DNA of 55,645 nucleotides from a virus. Lineage: Duplodnaviria; Caudoviricetes. Position 1 is the stretch's first letter. Each line of letters opens with the position of its first letter. The translations under genes and the position numbers were made by a program. The notes under the pieces are model-generated. The model searched no databases. It was not told where the DNA came from and worked only from the letters and a program-made list of their open reading frames with translations. Positions 39,196 through 47,600 of this stretch are shown piece by piece. The stretch is taken from IMG/VR virus record IMGVR_UViG_3300012948_000295, positions 1 to 55,645 of that record; one strand, 5' to 3'.

Positions 39196-39608
39196 CAGGC
39201 TGCACATGTTCACGCTTTACGCCGCACTATTGCCCGCAGTGTCAAGCGCTGGCAGCGAGGGCAGGGCTCATCCTGCCCCAGGCCCCAGGGGCACGCCAGC
39301 AGCCAGCAGACGAGAGCGAAGCCGCGCTGGAAAGCACACTCAGAACCTATCTTGCGAACACCGGCTACTTAGCCTATCACACGCATAATTCCAAGCGTTC
39401 AGCACCGGGGTTTCCAGACTGGGCGGTGATACGCCCGGACGGCGGACCCCTCTTTCTGTGGGAGCTTAAGAGCCAGAGCCAGAGCGCCCAGCCGAGCCCG
39501 GCGCAGCGGCGCTGGTTAGAGGCGCTGGCCAAGGCCACGAGTGTTAGCGTCGGGCTGTACCGTCCTTCCGACTGGCCTAGTATGCAACGGCTACTAGAAA
39601 GGGCTTAG
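39192..39608 (+). CDS. VRR-NUC (PD-(D/E)xK) nuclease
   Basis: HTHNSKRS.PGFPD..ELKS..SPAQRRWL..L. Confidence 0.85.
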   Translation: MTGCTCSRFTPHYCPQCQALAARAGLILPQAPGARQQPADESEAALESTLRTYLANTGYLAYHTHNSKRSAPGFPDWAVIRPDGGPLFLWELKSQSQSAQPSPAQRRWLEALAKATSVSVGLYRPSDWPSMQRLLERA

Positions 39609-39765
39609 GGGACAATCCTAAGCCTTTGCACAGGGCATGGATAATTTCGGTATTCATCGGCGTCCCACTCGCCTGAGACCGCGCCCGGATGACTGCTGCC
39701 AGTTCTGGTGGCAGCTTCATTGTAAATTGGACATAGGTACTTGCAATGGTCTTTGGACGTGCCAT
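39577..39765 (-). CDS. Arc-like ribbon-helix-helix regulator
   Basis: QFTMKLPPEL...I......G..MNTEII..L. Confidence 0.8.
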   Translation of the reverse strand: MARPKTIASTYVQFTMKLPPELAAVIRARSQASGTPMNTEIIHALCKGLGLSPKPFLVAVAY

Positions 39766-39851
39766 AATGCCCCCTCAGTACACAAGGATAAAACAGGTTA
39801 TTTCCTTATGAATAACTATACCATGAACGTTCTCACCAGGAAAGGCACGCC

Positions 39852-42467
39852 ATGTATGCAGGCATAACGCCCGCCGCATACGCGGCACTCCCCTCTGATC
39901 TCACCAGCCTTGACCAGTGGGTGCTGTGGCGTGGGCGCCTCGACCAGCTCTCAGACGGCACCACGCGGTACAACAAGATTCCCATTGATCCGCAAAGTCT
40001 CTTGAACGCTGATACGACTAATCCGCTCACCTGGAGCGACCCGGAAACGGCCTACGCAGCGCTTCCTACAGCCCTGGAAGAGTGGGAAGGCCAGCCAGGC
40101 TACTGTGGCGGAGGCATAGGGTTTGTCTTTACGGCTCGCGATCCCTACGTAGGCATAGACTTCGATCACTGTATAGACGCAAGTGGAGCGCTTGCCCCGC
40201 ACATGCAGGAGTGGGTAGAGCGCCTGGCAAGCTATACGGAGGTAACGCCGTCTGGCACGGGATTGCACGTGATTGTGCGGGGCACCCTGCCCAAGGAGCA
40301 CCGCAAGAAAAGCGGGATAGAGCTATACGATACGGGCAGATTTTTTACGATGACGGGCGAGCACTACGCTGGCACGCCCCTGACAATTACGCAGGAACAG
40401 GGGGCTCTTGACGCCCTGTGGTGTTCTCTCTTTGGTGCGCAGGCAGGCCAGGCGGTGTGGTTACTCGACGAGAGCCAGGCTATTACAAATCCGCATCCCT
40501 ACGCCATTACGCACACCCAGCCAGACACGCACGGCACCCCCTACGCCTTCTTTCAGGAGACCACAACGGGTTGGCCCCTCGTGCGCTGCGAAGTCGCCAC
40601 CCAGGCACCCGCCACAACCACCCCTGCCATGACCGACACCGAAGTCCTCACCCGCGCCATGCACGCCTCGAACGGCGCCAAAGTAAAAAAACTCTATAAC
40701 GGCAACTGGCAGCAGGACTACCCGAGCCAATCGGAGGCGGACTTAGCGCTGTGTATCCTGTTTGCGTTTTGGACCAGAGACGAGGAGCAGCTTGCACGCC
40801 TCATGGAGTCAAGCGCCCTCACTGACCGCGCCAAGTGGACAAGGCGCGACGGGAGTGGAACCTACGGCAGCCGCACGATTGGACAAGCCCTAGCCAGACA
40901 GCAAGTCTTTTATACGGGCATGCCATCGCCCCAGCCCGCCGCGCCTCTCACGCCTCTCACGCCTCTCACGCCTCTCACGCCTCTCACGCCTCTCACGCCT
41001 CTCACGCCTCTCACGCCTCTCGCCCCTGTGGCTATAAACGGCACGACACCGCAACCACAGCAGACACCCCCTACGCCTCCGCCAGCGCAACCCAGCCAGC
41101 GCAGCAGCCAGCCACCGCCTACGCCCCTGGGTGACGTGTATAACGCCGAATGGCTGATCGCCCGCTACGGCCATGACATCAGGTATTGCCCACCCTGGAA
41201 AACGTGGCTCACCTGGCAAGGGACGCACTGGCAAAGAGACGTGGGGGAAAAATCAGGGGGGGCAGCGCTGCAGCACATGGCCAGAGAGACGCTCAAACAC
41301 TTAGGCCATCAGGCCATAGACGACGACAACAAAGCGCTCATGAAACACTACGTAAAGAGCATGAACGCTGGTCCGCTGGCCGCGATGGTGGCGCAAGCTG
41401 CTACCATGTTTCCCACGCAAGCCACTCCAGAGCAATTTGACGCCCAGAAGATGCTTCTCAACTGCACGAATGGCACGCTTGATTTAACCACAGGTGCGCT
41501 CCGGCCCCACGTCAGGAGTGAGTACCTCGCCCGGTGCCTGTCTGTGGCCTACGACGCGGACGCGACATGTCCGACGTGGGACAGTTTTCTTGATCGCATC
41601 ATGGCAAACAATCATCGCCTCACCCAGTTTTTACAGAAAGCGGCGGGGTATAGTCTCACGGGCGACACGAGTGAAGAATGTCTGTTTCTCCTCTATGGTG
41701 AAGGCAGAAACGGCAAGAGCAAATTCTTGCAGGCACTCCAGGCCATGCTTGGCCCCTACGCCAAGACGGCCAGTATGTACAGCTTTCTGCACAAAGAGAA
41801 AGAGGGAGTTAGAAACGATCTGGCTGATCTTTTTGGGGCACGCCTCGTGTGCGCCAGTGAGACGAGCGAACACACAAAGCTTGCAAGTGGGCTCGTGAAG
41901 CAACTCACCGGCAACGATCCCGTCAAAGCCAGGTTCCTGTTTCAAGAGTTTTTTGAGTATATGCCCAGCTTCAAGCTCTTTTTAGCGTTTAATAGCAAGC
42001 CAGCTATAACCGCGAGTGACCAGGCCATTTGGGCCAGAGTGCATCTCATCCCGTTTACCGTGCGTATCCCAGACGACGAGCAAGATAAGCACTTAGCCGA
42101 TAAACTCCAGCAGGAACTCTCCGGCATTCTTGCCTGGTGCGTCAGAGGGTGTCTCCTGTGGCAACAGGAGGGGCTCACCCCACCCCCTGAAGTACAACTG
42201 GCCACGCAGGAATACCGCGACGAAAACGATAGCGTGCAGCGCTTCCTCACCGAGTGTTGCGTGACGAACCCAGGAGGGACCACACCCCAGGTAGCCTTTA
42301 GCGATCTCTACGACGCCTATAAACGCTGGTGTGAGCAGGGCTCTGAAGGCTTCTTAAGTAAAATTGCGCTGGGCAAAACCATGACTCAGAAAGGCTTTAC
42401 TGAATACCGCAGTACGACGCATCACAACAAACAGTTTCGCCAGGGGCTTGGTCTCATCGTTCCCTGA
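39852..42467 (+). CDS. Primase-polymerase/helicase (NrS-1-like prim-pol plus P4/D5-type SF3 helicase)
   Basis: GIDFDHC, YTEVTPSGTGLH, IELYD.GRFFTMTG, SQSEADLAL, LNCTNGTLDL, GEGRNGKS, C-terminal wHTH-like region. Confidence 0.95.
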   Translation: MYAGITPAAYAALPSDLTSLDQWVLWRGRLDQLSDGTTRYNKIPIDPQSLLNADTTNPLTWSDPETAYAALPTALEEWEGQPGYCGGGIGFVFTARDPYVGIDFDHCIDASGALAPHMQEWVERLASYTEVTPSGTGLHVIVRGTLPKEHRKKSGIELYDTGRFFTMTGEHYAGTPLTITQEQGALDALWCSLFGAQAGQAVWLLDESQAITNPHPYAITHTQPDTHGTPYAFFQETTTGWPLVRCEVATQAPATTTPAMTDTEVLTRAMHASNGAKVKKLYNGNWQQDYPSQSEADLALCILFAFWTRDEEQLARLMESSALTDRAKWTRRDGSGTYGSRTIGQALARQQVFYTGMPSPQPAAPLTPLTPLTPLTPLTPLTPLTPLTPLAPVAINGTTPQPQQTPPTPPPAQPSQRSSQPPPTPLGDVYNAEWLIARYGHDIRYCPPWKTWLTWQGTHWQRDVGEKSGGAALQHMARETLKHLGHQAIDDDNKALMKHYVKSMNAGPLAAMVAQAATMFPTQATPEQFDAQKMLLNCTNGTLDLTTGALRPHVRSEYLARCLSVAYDADATCPTWDSFLDRIMANNHRLTQFLQKAAGYSLTGDTSEECLFLLYGEGRNGKSKFLQALQAMLGPYAKTASMYSFLHKEKEGVRNDLADLFGARLVCASETSEHTKLASGLVKQLTGNDPVKARFLFQEFFEYMPSFKLFLAFNSKPAITASDQAIWARVHLIPFTVRIPDDEQDKHLADKLQQELSGILAWCVRGCLLWQQEGLTPPPEVQLATQEYRDENDSVQRFLTECCVTNPGGTTPQVAFSDLYDAYKRWCEQGSEGFLSKIALGKTMTQKGFTEYRSTTHHNKQFRQGLGLIVP
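40944..41023 (+). repeat. Perfect 9-nt tandem repeat (CCTCTCACG)x8 plus a partial copy, encoding (PLT)n
   Basis: Directly visible; in the linker between prim-pol and helicase. Confidence 0.97.
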
Positions 42468-42475
42468 TTTTATTC

Positions 42476-42504
42476 TTGCAGGTTTTTACCTGATAGAATA
42501 CAAT
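42476..42504 (+). promoter_or_regulatory. Sigma70-type promoter
   Basis: TTGCAG-17nt-TACAAT in an intergenic gap. Confidence 0.6.
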
Positions 42505-42595
42505 ATCTCAACTGCGCATGATGGCCATGCAGCAGGCACAACCAGTCAGGCGCCAACCTGGCATTCAATGACAACCAGGGACAAGGAACACACAC

Positions 42596-43165
42596 ATGCC
42601 GTACATGCCCGATTCCAAAGATCCGTTTTATGGTGGCGAGAAAACCCCTTCTCTCTCCTGGAAATCCCTCCCCGTTGGGACAATCTTCACCGTTAAAATC
42701 TTAGAGCCTGCCAAAGCCCTTCAGTCAACGAACTTTGAAACAGGAGAAATGGCCTACTGGGATAAAGAGCACACGCGGCCCATTATGGCCGCAGTCTTAA
42801 ACGTGCTTGTCCTCCATGGTCCGCATAGTGTCGGAGAAAAGCGCAGCATCTGGGCGACTATCCCGAGCAATCTCTTTGCGGCTCTTAAGCAAGCGCAAGT
42901 AGACGCGGACGCACCCTTTATGGCGGAGGGGATTTTGCACCTCAAATTTGTGGGCGAAACGCCACACCAAAATCCGCGCTTTAACGCGATCAAGCAATAC
43001 GCTGCGAAATACGAGCCACCCGCCCAGGCCACACAGACAGACCCTTTTGCCACGCCCCCACCCGTGGCTGCTGGCACGCCCCCCGCTCCGCAACCTGGCA
43101 TGCAAACGTGGCAAGGGGCACCGCGCCCCCAGGCTCCGAGCACCTCGAACGTTCCCAACTTCTAG
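42596..43165 (+). CDS. Putative ssDNA-binding (OB-fold-like) protein
   Basis: PSLSWK..GT.., beta-rich core, KQYAAKYEPP, disordered tail ending in F; next to the primase. Confidence 0.55.
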   Translation: MPYMPDSKDPFYGGEKTPSLSWKSLPVGTIFTVKILEPAKALQSTNFETGEMAYWDKEHTRPIMAAVLNVLVLHGPHSVGEKRSIWATIPSNLFAALKQAQVDADAPFMAEGILHLKFVGETPHQNPRFNAIKQYAAKYEPPAQATQTDPFATPPPVAAGTPPAPQPGMQTWQGAPRPQAPSTSNVPNF

Positions 43166-43177
43166 GAGATAACGCGC

Positions 43178-43390
43178 ATGAAGGCCCGACGCCTGAAGCC
43201 CCAGACTGATGCCTATGTCCGCCTCGATCTGGGGCATGGGTGTCTGCTCATTCTGCTCTTTGACGAGTATAAACGGGCACTGTGGCGCGGCAAGATGGAG
43301 AAACGCGCTGCCCGCCGTGCCCTCGCTTCCCAACGCACCATGGCCAGAGCGGAGGCGTTCGGCCTCCGCTGGCTGGAGGAAAGACCCTGA
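43178..43390 (+). CDS. Hypothetical protein
   Basis: AGGAG RBS; stop overlaps next start. Confidence 0.55.
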   Translation: MKARRLKPQTDAYVRLDLGHGCLLILLFDEYKRALWRGKMEKRAARRALASQRTMARAEAFGLRWLEERP

Positions 43391-43971
43391 TGTCTACACT
43401 TATTGCACCCCCAAGTGCCCCCATGCTCGCTATGCCTGTGACCAGTAACGCTGAGCGTATCCAGGCAACTCTCGCAGCCGAAGGCAGACCCGAGCCCGAC
43501 GATATCCCCGAACCGGAAACACCCCCTGAAACGCTCCAGGACGGTCCAGGAGACACGACAGACTCGACAGGCCCCACCACACCCCCAGGCAGCACGTTTG
43601 CCGAGCATGAGGCGCTTCTGAAGGGCTTCTGTGACTATCTGCAAAAGCGCATCACCACTGCTGCTATCGATCAATACAAGGATGGCGCTAAAGCCGTCGA
43701 TGATCTCTGCAGCTACATGAAGGGCTGGGCTGATATGCTGCTGGCGAAGATGCCGGACGCGACCCGGCAACTTGGCGAGACGTTTGATAAGCTTGCCCAG
43801 CACGGCCTGAAGCTCCAGCATGATCCCTATACTGCCACAGTCCAGACCGTGAGCCCGGAGGGCTTTCCGGTGTCGATTACGTTAGCCAAACAAGACACTG
43901 GGGCACTTATCTCTGCGCTGCCCATCCTCACGGCCTGGTTGCGCGAGCATGGCTACACGCCTATGCCCTAA
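43390..43971 (+). CDS. Hypothetical protein
   Basis: GGAGG RBS; translationally coupled. Confidence 0.65.
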   Translation: MSTLIAPPSAPMLAMPVTSNAERIQATLAAEGRPEPDDIPEPETPPETLQDGPGDTTDSTGPTTPPGSTFAEHEALLKGFCDYLQKRITTAAIDQYKDGAKAVDDLCSYMKGWADMLLAKMPDATRQLGETFDKLAQHGLKLQHDPYTATVQTVSPEGFPVSITLAKQDTGALISALPILTAWLREHGYTPMP

Positions 43972-44359
43972 ACACTGTAAGCACGGGGAAGGATGCATCC
44001 TTCCCCGAAAGGCACGCATGCACACTGTCACGCATACCCCAGGATGCTATACTGCACAAACTTTGATTCTCGTTATACAGCTAGTATTCACGCGGCGCTA
44101 TCCCAACTACTGCCGCACGTGCGATGGGTGGGGCACGCTGCCCGAGTTGTACGACCCATCACCAGACGGCGTGAGCCTCAGCCCTGGATTTTGTGTTATG
44201 CACGCCCCATGCTACGCCTGTGAAGGAAGCTGCGGTATCCCAACCTGTAGCCTGTGTGGCCAGATTATGAGCAGTGAGAGATATCGGCTGTGTACGTGCC
44301 CCCTGAATATGGGCTATCCCGTAACGCCCCCCTGTGAGTGCTGGGAAGAAGAACTATGA
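43949..44359 (+). CDS. Cys-rich putative zinc-binding protein
   Basis: CRTCDGWG, CYAC, CSLCG motifs. Confidence 0.55.
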   Translation: MATRLCPKHCKHGEGCILPRKARMHTVTHTPGCYTAQTLILVIQLVFTRRYPNYCRTCDGWGTLPELYDPSPDGVSLSPGFCVMHAPCYACEGSCGIPTCSLCGQIMSSERYRLCTCPLNMGYPVTPPCECWEEEL

Positions 44360-44583
44360 CACTGCCCTACGACCCGATGGATCATGTCTATGATGAGCTG
44401 CTCTTAAGTGACACGTTTCACAAGCCCTGGCACCAGTGGAGCGACGAAGAAAAAACCCGCTACCGCGCCTATCTCTACCGGCATGATCGCTTAACACTGG
44501 AGAGAAGCGTGTGGGGCAAGCCTGAATGCCAGGGGAGACTTGCACACCTGTGGACATGGCTGAAAGCCTGGAGACGTAGGTGA
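44356..44583 (+). CDS. Hypothetical protein
   Basis: ATGA overlap with the upstream gene. Confidence 0.5.
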   Translation: MTLPYDPMDHVYDELLLSDTFHKPWHQWSDEEKTRYRAYLYRHDRLTLERSVWGKPECQGRLAHLWTWLKAWRRR

Positions 44584-44629
44584 CTATGCCTGACACCTGA
44601 GCTTGCAATAAATATGTAACCTTTTTTGC

Positions 44630-44658
44630 TTGCACCTGAGATCTAGGTAGGCTACACT
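44630..44658 (+). promoter_or_regulatory. Sigma70-type promoter upstream of the sigma-factor gene
   Basis: TTGCAC-17nt-TACACT. Confidence 0.6.
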
Positions 44659-44749
44659 GAGAGGCAGGATACATGAACTGGTGAGAGGGAAAACGCGGCT
44701 AACACGGCCCCTCTCACCATAGCAGAAATCCCTGGAAAAGGATTTTGCG

Positions 44750-45264
44750 ATGAGTAGTATACCACATCTGGCGTATGATTCCCCCTGCTCCGCTATTCCC
44801 CTTGAAGATATTCAGAAAGCCCTGACCCAGGCCAGGCGCCTGGCACGGCACCAGTGGCGACACGATCAGCATAGTGTGGACCTCGCCGAGTACGAAGACG
44901 TTGCCGCCGAAGCGCTTAGCCGCTGCCTGGAGCGCTTCGAGCCCTCCAAGGCCCGTTTCACACCTACTGTGCGCACCGCATACGCGGCGCCCTGCTCGAC
45001 GCCAAAGCCGCCTATCTGCGCTGGCGTACCCTGCCACCGTCCACTCCTGTAGGCGTACAAGCCGACCGTGAACTCCTCCCCTGGCTGGCCACGGTATCCC
45101 CCTGGTTGCACCGCTACGCGACCCTCGCGCTTGATGGCTACACCCAACGCGACATTGCTGCTCATCTGGGCATTACAGAGAGTGCCGTCTCAAAGCGCCT
45201 CGCCTGGTGGAGAGCCAGGCTGTCTGGGGCAACACCTGTGCAGGGCACAAAGGGGCAGGGATAA
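44750..45264 (+). pseudogene. Sigma70-family sigma factor with a 1-nt frameshift at ~44961
   Basis: ERFEPSKARF / TYCAHRIRGALLD (region 2) and GYTQRDIAAHLGITESAVSKRL (region 4) lie in two frames. Confidence 0.8.
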
Positions 45265-45821
45265 TGCGAAAACTCCCGGAAAATGAGTGGAAATTATTTC
45301 ACGGTGATTGTGTCTATGTTATCCAGATGGAGGGTCATCCCTGGCTCAAAATCGGCTATACCAGGTCCGTCCTTGATCGGATATCTGGTATGCAGGTCTC
45401 ATGTCCGCTCCCGCTTACCCTCCTCAAAGTCTATGCCTGTGGTGACGGTCATAGACTTGAACAGCATCTTCACCGTTTACTGGCCAAGGACCGCCGGCGC
45501 GGTGAGTGGTTTGAGACCACCGTTGAGGCGATTGACGCCGCCTTTGCGACTGTGGCAGGACATGAGGGTGATGTTACTTTTGGCCTTCTTCCCCAGACTA
45601 TAGCACGACTCAAGGAACGCCAGGCACAACTCGAGGAGAAGAGACAAAAACGCCAGGCACAACTCGAGGAGAAGAGACAACTTAGCCTCAAAATGGACCT
45701 TGATCGTTACTGGGGCTCACAACCATCTATCTCCTGGCGTGAACGACGCGCGGCTTGGTTTGCATGGGGTAGACATCTGCTCTTTCGTGCAGGTCTTTTA
45801 CCTATCCCTCATAAGTACTAA
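45264..45821 (+). CDS. T5orf172/GIY-YIG-like domain protein
   Basis: VYVIQ..KIGYT..R...Q..LEQHLH..RGEWF; contains a 33-nt duplication at 45616-45680. Confidence 0.88.
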   Translation: MRKLPENEWKLFHGDCVYVIQMEGHPWLKIGYTRSVLDRISGMQVSCPLPLTLLKVYACGDGHRLEQHLHRLLAKDRRRGEWFETTVEAIDAAFATVAGHEGDVTFGLLPQTIARLKERQAQLEEKRQKRQAQLEEKRQLSLKMDLDRYWGSQPSISWRERRAAWFAWGRHLLFRAGLLPIPHKY

Positions 45822-45838
45822 AAGAATTAAGGGAAAAA

Positions 45839-45871
45839 CTGGCGCGGTAGGAGTATCTCTGCGAGATACTC
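45839..45871 (-). other. Candidate MOBQ oriT
   Basis: GAGTATCTC-GCA-GAGATACTC hairpin then CTACCGCG/CC, 20 nt upstream of the relaxase start. Confidence 0.55.
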
Positions 45872-45891
45872 AGAAAAAAGGTTAAGGCACG

Positions 45892-46983
45892 ATGGCTATT
45901 CTCCACGTATCCCGCACTGTGCATACGAGCAGTAGCCGCAAAGCCGGAAACGCGCAAGCGCGGATTGTCTATATCACGAGGCAAGACGAGCGGACGTATG
46001 ACCCGAGCACGCGGCAACTGCGCTACATCGCTGGCGACCGCGAGGACCTCGTATACACGAACCAGCGTAATTTTCCGCAGTGGGCCAGAGATAATCCACA
46101 CGTCTTTTTTAGCGCGGCAGAAACCTACGAGGGAGGGAAGCAGGCCACACACAAAAACGGTAAGCGCATCATGTGGGAAGAATGGAAGGTTACATTGCCA
46201 CGGGAATTAACACACGGCGAAAACCTAAAGTTGACGAGGGACATCATAGACGCGATGTGTGGCAAAAACATTCCTGTGGTCTACGCCCTCCATGATCCGC
46301 TCGCAAGTGATCAAGGTCAGCAGCCACACCTGCACATAATGCTCTCAAGCAGGAAGACAGACGGTATTAATCGTTTACCCTCGCAGCATTTTAAGCGCTG
46401 GAATGCCAGCGATCGAAGCAAGGGAGGTGCGCAGAAATCTGAACTGTACGCCCACAAGGGCATGGTCAAAGCCTGGAGAGTCATGCTCTCCGATATCACC
46501 AATCTGCACTTGGAGGCAACGGGCAAGCAAGAGCGAGTCTCACCAGAAACCCTGCAAAGCCAGGGGATCAAGCGAGCCCCAGAACCCAAGATAGGCACAA
46601 ATGGAGGACAAAGAGTCAAGCAGGCTGTGGCTTCCATTCGTGCTCGACGCGATCGCCAGAAAGAATTGCTTGCCGCGCAGACCTACTGGAATAGTCGCAA
46701 GGCGCAGCTAGGCATTACGTCAACTATGACACAGCATGAGAAGCTTCAAGCTATCTACGCAGCGAGAAAGGCGCTGCTCACGCAAACACCACAGACACTC
46801 CAGGCCGCAGCTATGACGCTTAGGATGGCCGAGCGTCACGCTGCCTACGAGGAACACTTGCAAAGGCGTCAGGAGGAACGCCGCAGCGAGACCACGCACA
46901 AGAAGTATTGGAGTGACCTTGCAGCCAGGAAGAAGGGCCTAACACCAGAAGGCCGCATATTTGACCAGAGCAGAGGGAGATAA
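45892..46983 (+). CDS. mobA: MobA/MobL (MOBQ) relaxase
   Basis: MAILH..YITR (catalytic Tyr), E..VTLPREL, ALH....QPHLHIMLSSR. Confidence 0.93.
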   Translation: MAILHVSRTVHTSSSRKAGNAQARIVYITRQDERTYDPSTRQLRYIAGDREDLVYTNQRNFPQWARDNPHVFFSAAETYEGGKQATHKNGKRIMWEEWKVTLPRELTHGENLKLTRDIIDAMCGKNIPVVYALHDPLASDQGQQPHLHIMLSSRKTDGINRLPSQHFKRWNASDRSKGGAQKSELYAHKGMVKAWRVMLSDITNLHLEATGKQERVSPETLQSQGIKRAPEPKIGTNGGQRVKQAVASIRARRDRQKELLAAQTYWNSRKAQLGITSTMTQHEKLQAIYAARKALLTQTPQTLQAAAMTLRMAERHAAYEEHLQRRQEERRSETTHKKYWSDLAARKKGLTPEGRIFDQSRGR

Positions 46984-46987
46984 CCAT

Positions 46988-47191
46988 ATGGAACAGATCG
47001 ACTTCTTGGACACCCAGGAATCCTTACCCTTAAAAGAGCGCATCGAGGAAACCGCAAAGCAGATTATCGAGGACCTCCACGACGAACACGGCATCCCCTC
47101 CGCCGGCTACCTGAAACTGTTACGCGATATTGCTGGACGCAGGCAGAGCCAGAACCAGGAACAGAGTAGAGGGCACTCCCGTGGCTTCTGA
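46988..47191 (+). CDS. Small protein with relaxase-like Arg-rich C-terminus
   Basis: GGGAG RBS; ends QEQSRGHSRGF. Confidence 0.6.
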   Translation: MEQIDFLDTQESLPLKERIEETAKQIIEDLHDEHGIPSAGYLKLLRDIAGRRQSQNQEQSRGHSRGF

Positions 47192-47600
47192 TCCCTTCAC
47201 ACTAGAACAGGACAGCGCAGGACAAGCGAAAGAGTTAGCCCTGCTCAAAGGCATTGTGAAGCGTCAAGAGCTGCAACTTGCGGCCATGGAAGATTTAAAA
47301 GAGACACTCACTGTCGATATTGCCGGGGTGCTGATCCGCCTTGACCAACGCCCCGAGCTTGACGTAGACGACCTGAAGCGGCGCATGGATGAAGCAATAG
47401 ATAGCGTTGACAGAGTCACCAGGCAGCGTATCCCCAGGCTTGTATCACGTCGCTGGTATGTCGCCTGGCTATGGCTTATGACTGGCCTACTGCTGGGGAT
47501 TATGGGCTATCACGCCGCCACACAGACGGCACTAGGGAAGCAGGCTTTAGCGCTGATACTTCCACACGCGCAACCACTGACTCCCAGGAAGGGAAAGTAG
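47181..47600 (+). CDS. Coiled-coil protein with C-terminal transmembrane segment (MobB-like architecture)
   Basis: Heptad-like N-half, WYVAWLWLMTGLLLGIMGY; between relaxase and coupling protein. Confidence 0.6.
   Translation: MASDPFTLEQDSAGQAKELALLKGIVKRQELQLAAMEDLKETLTVDIAGVLIRLDQRPELDVDDLKRRMDEAIDSVDRVTRQRIPRLVSRRWYVAWLWLMTGLLLGIMGYHAATQTALGKQALALILPHAQPLTPRKGK

Noticed and set aside
40944-41023. CRISPR array
   Set aside because: 9-nt units with no spacers; no cas genes
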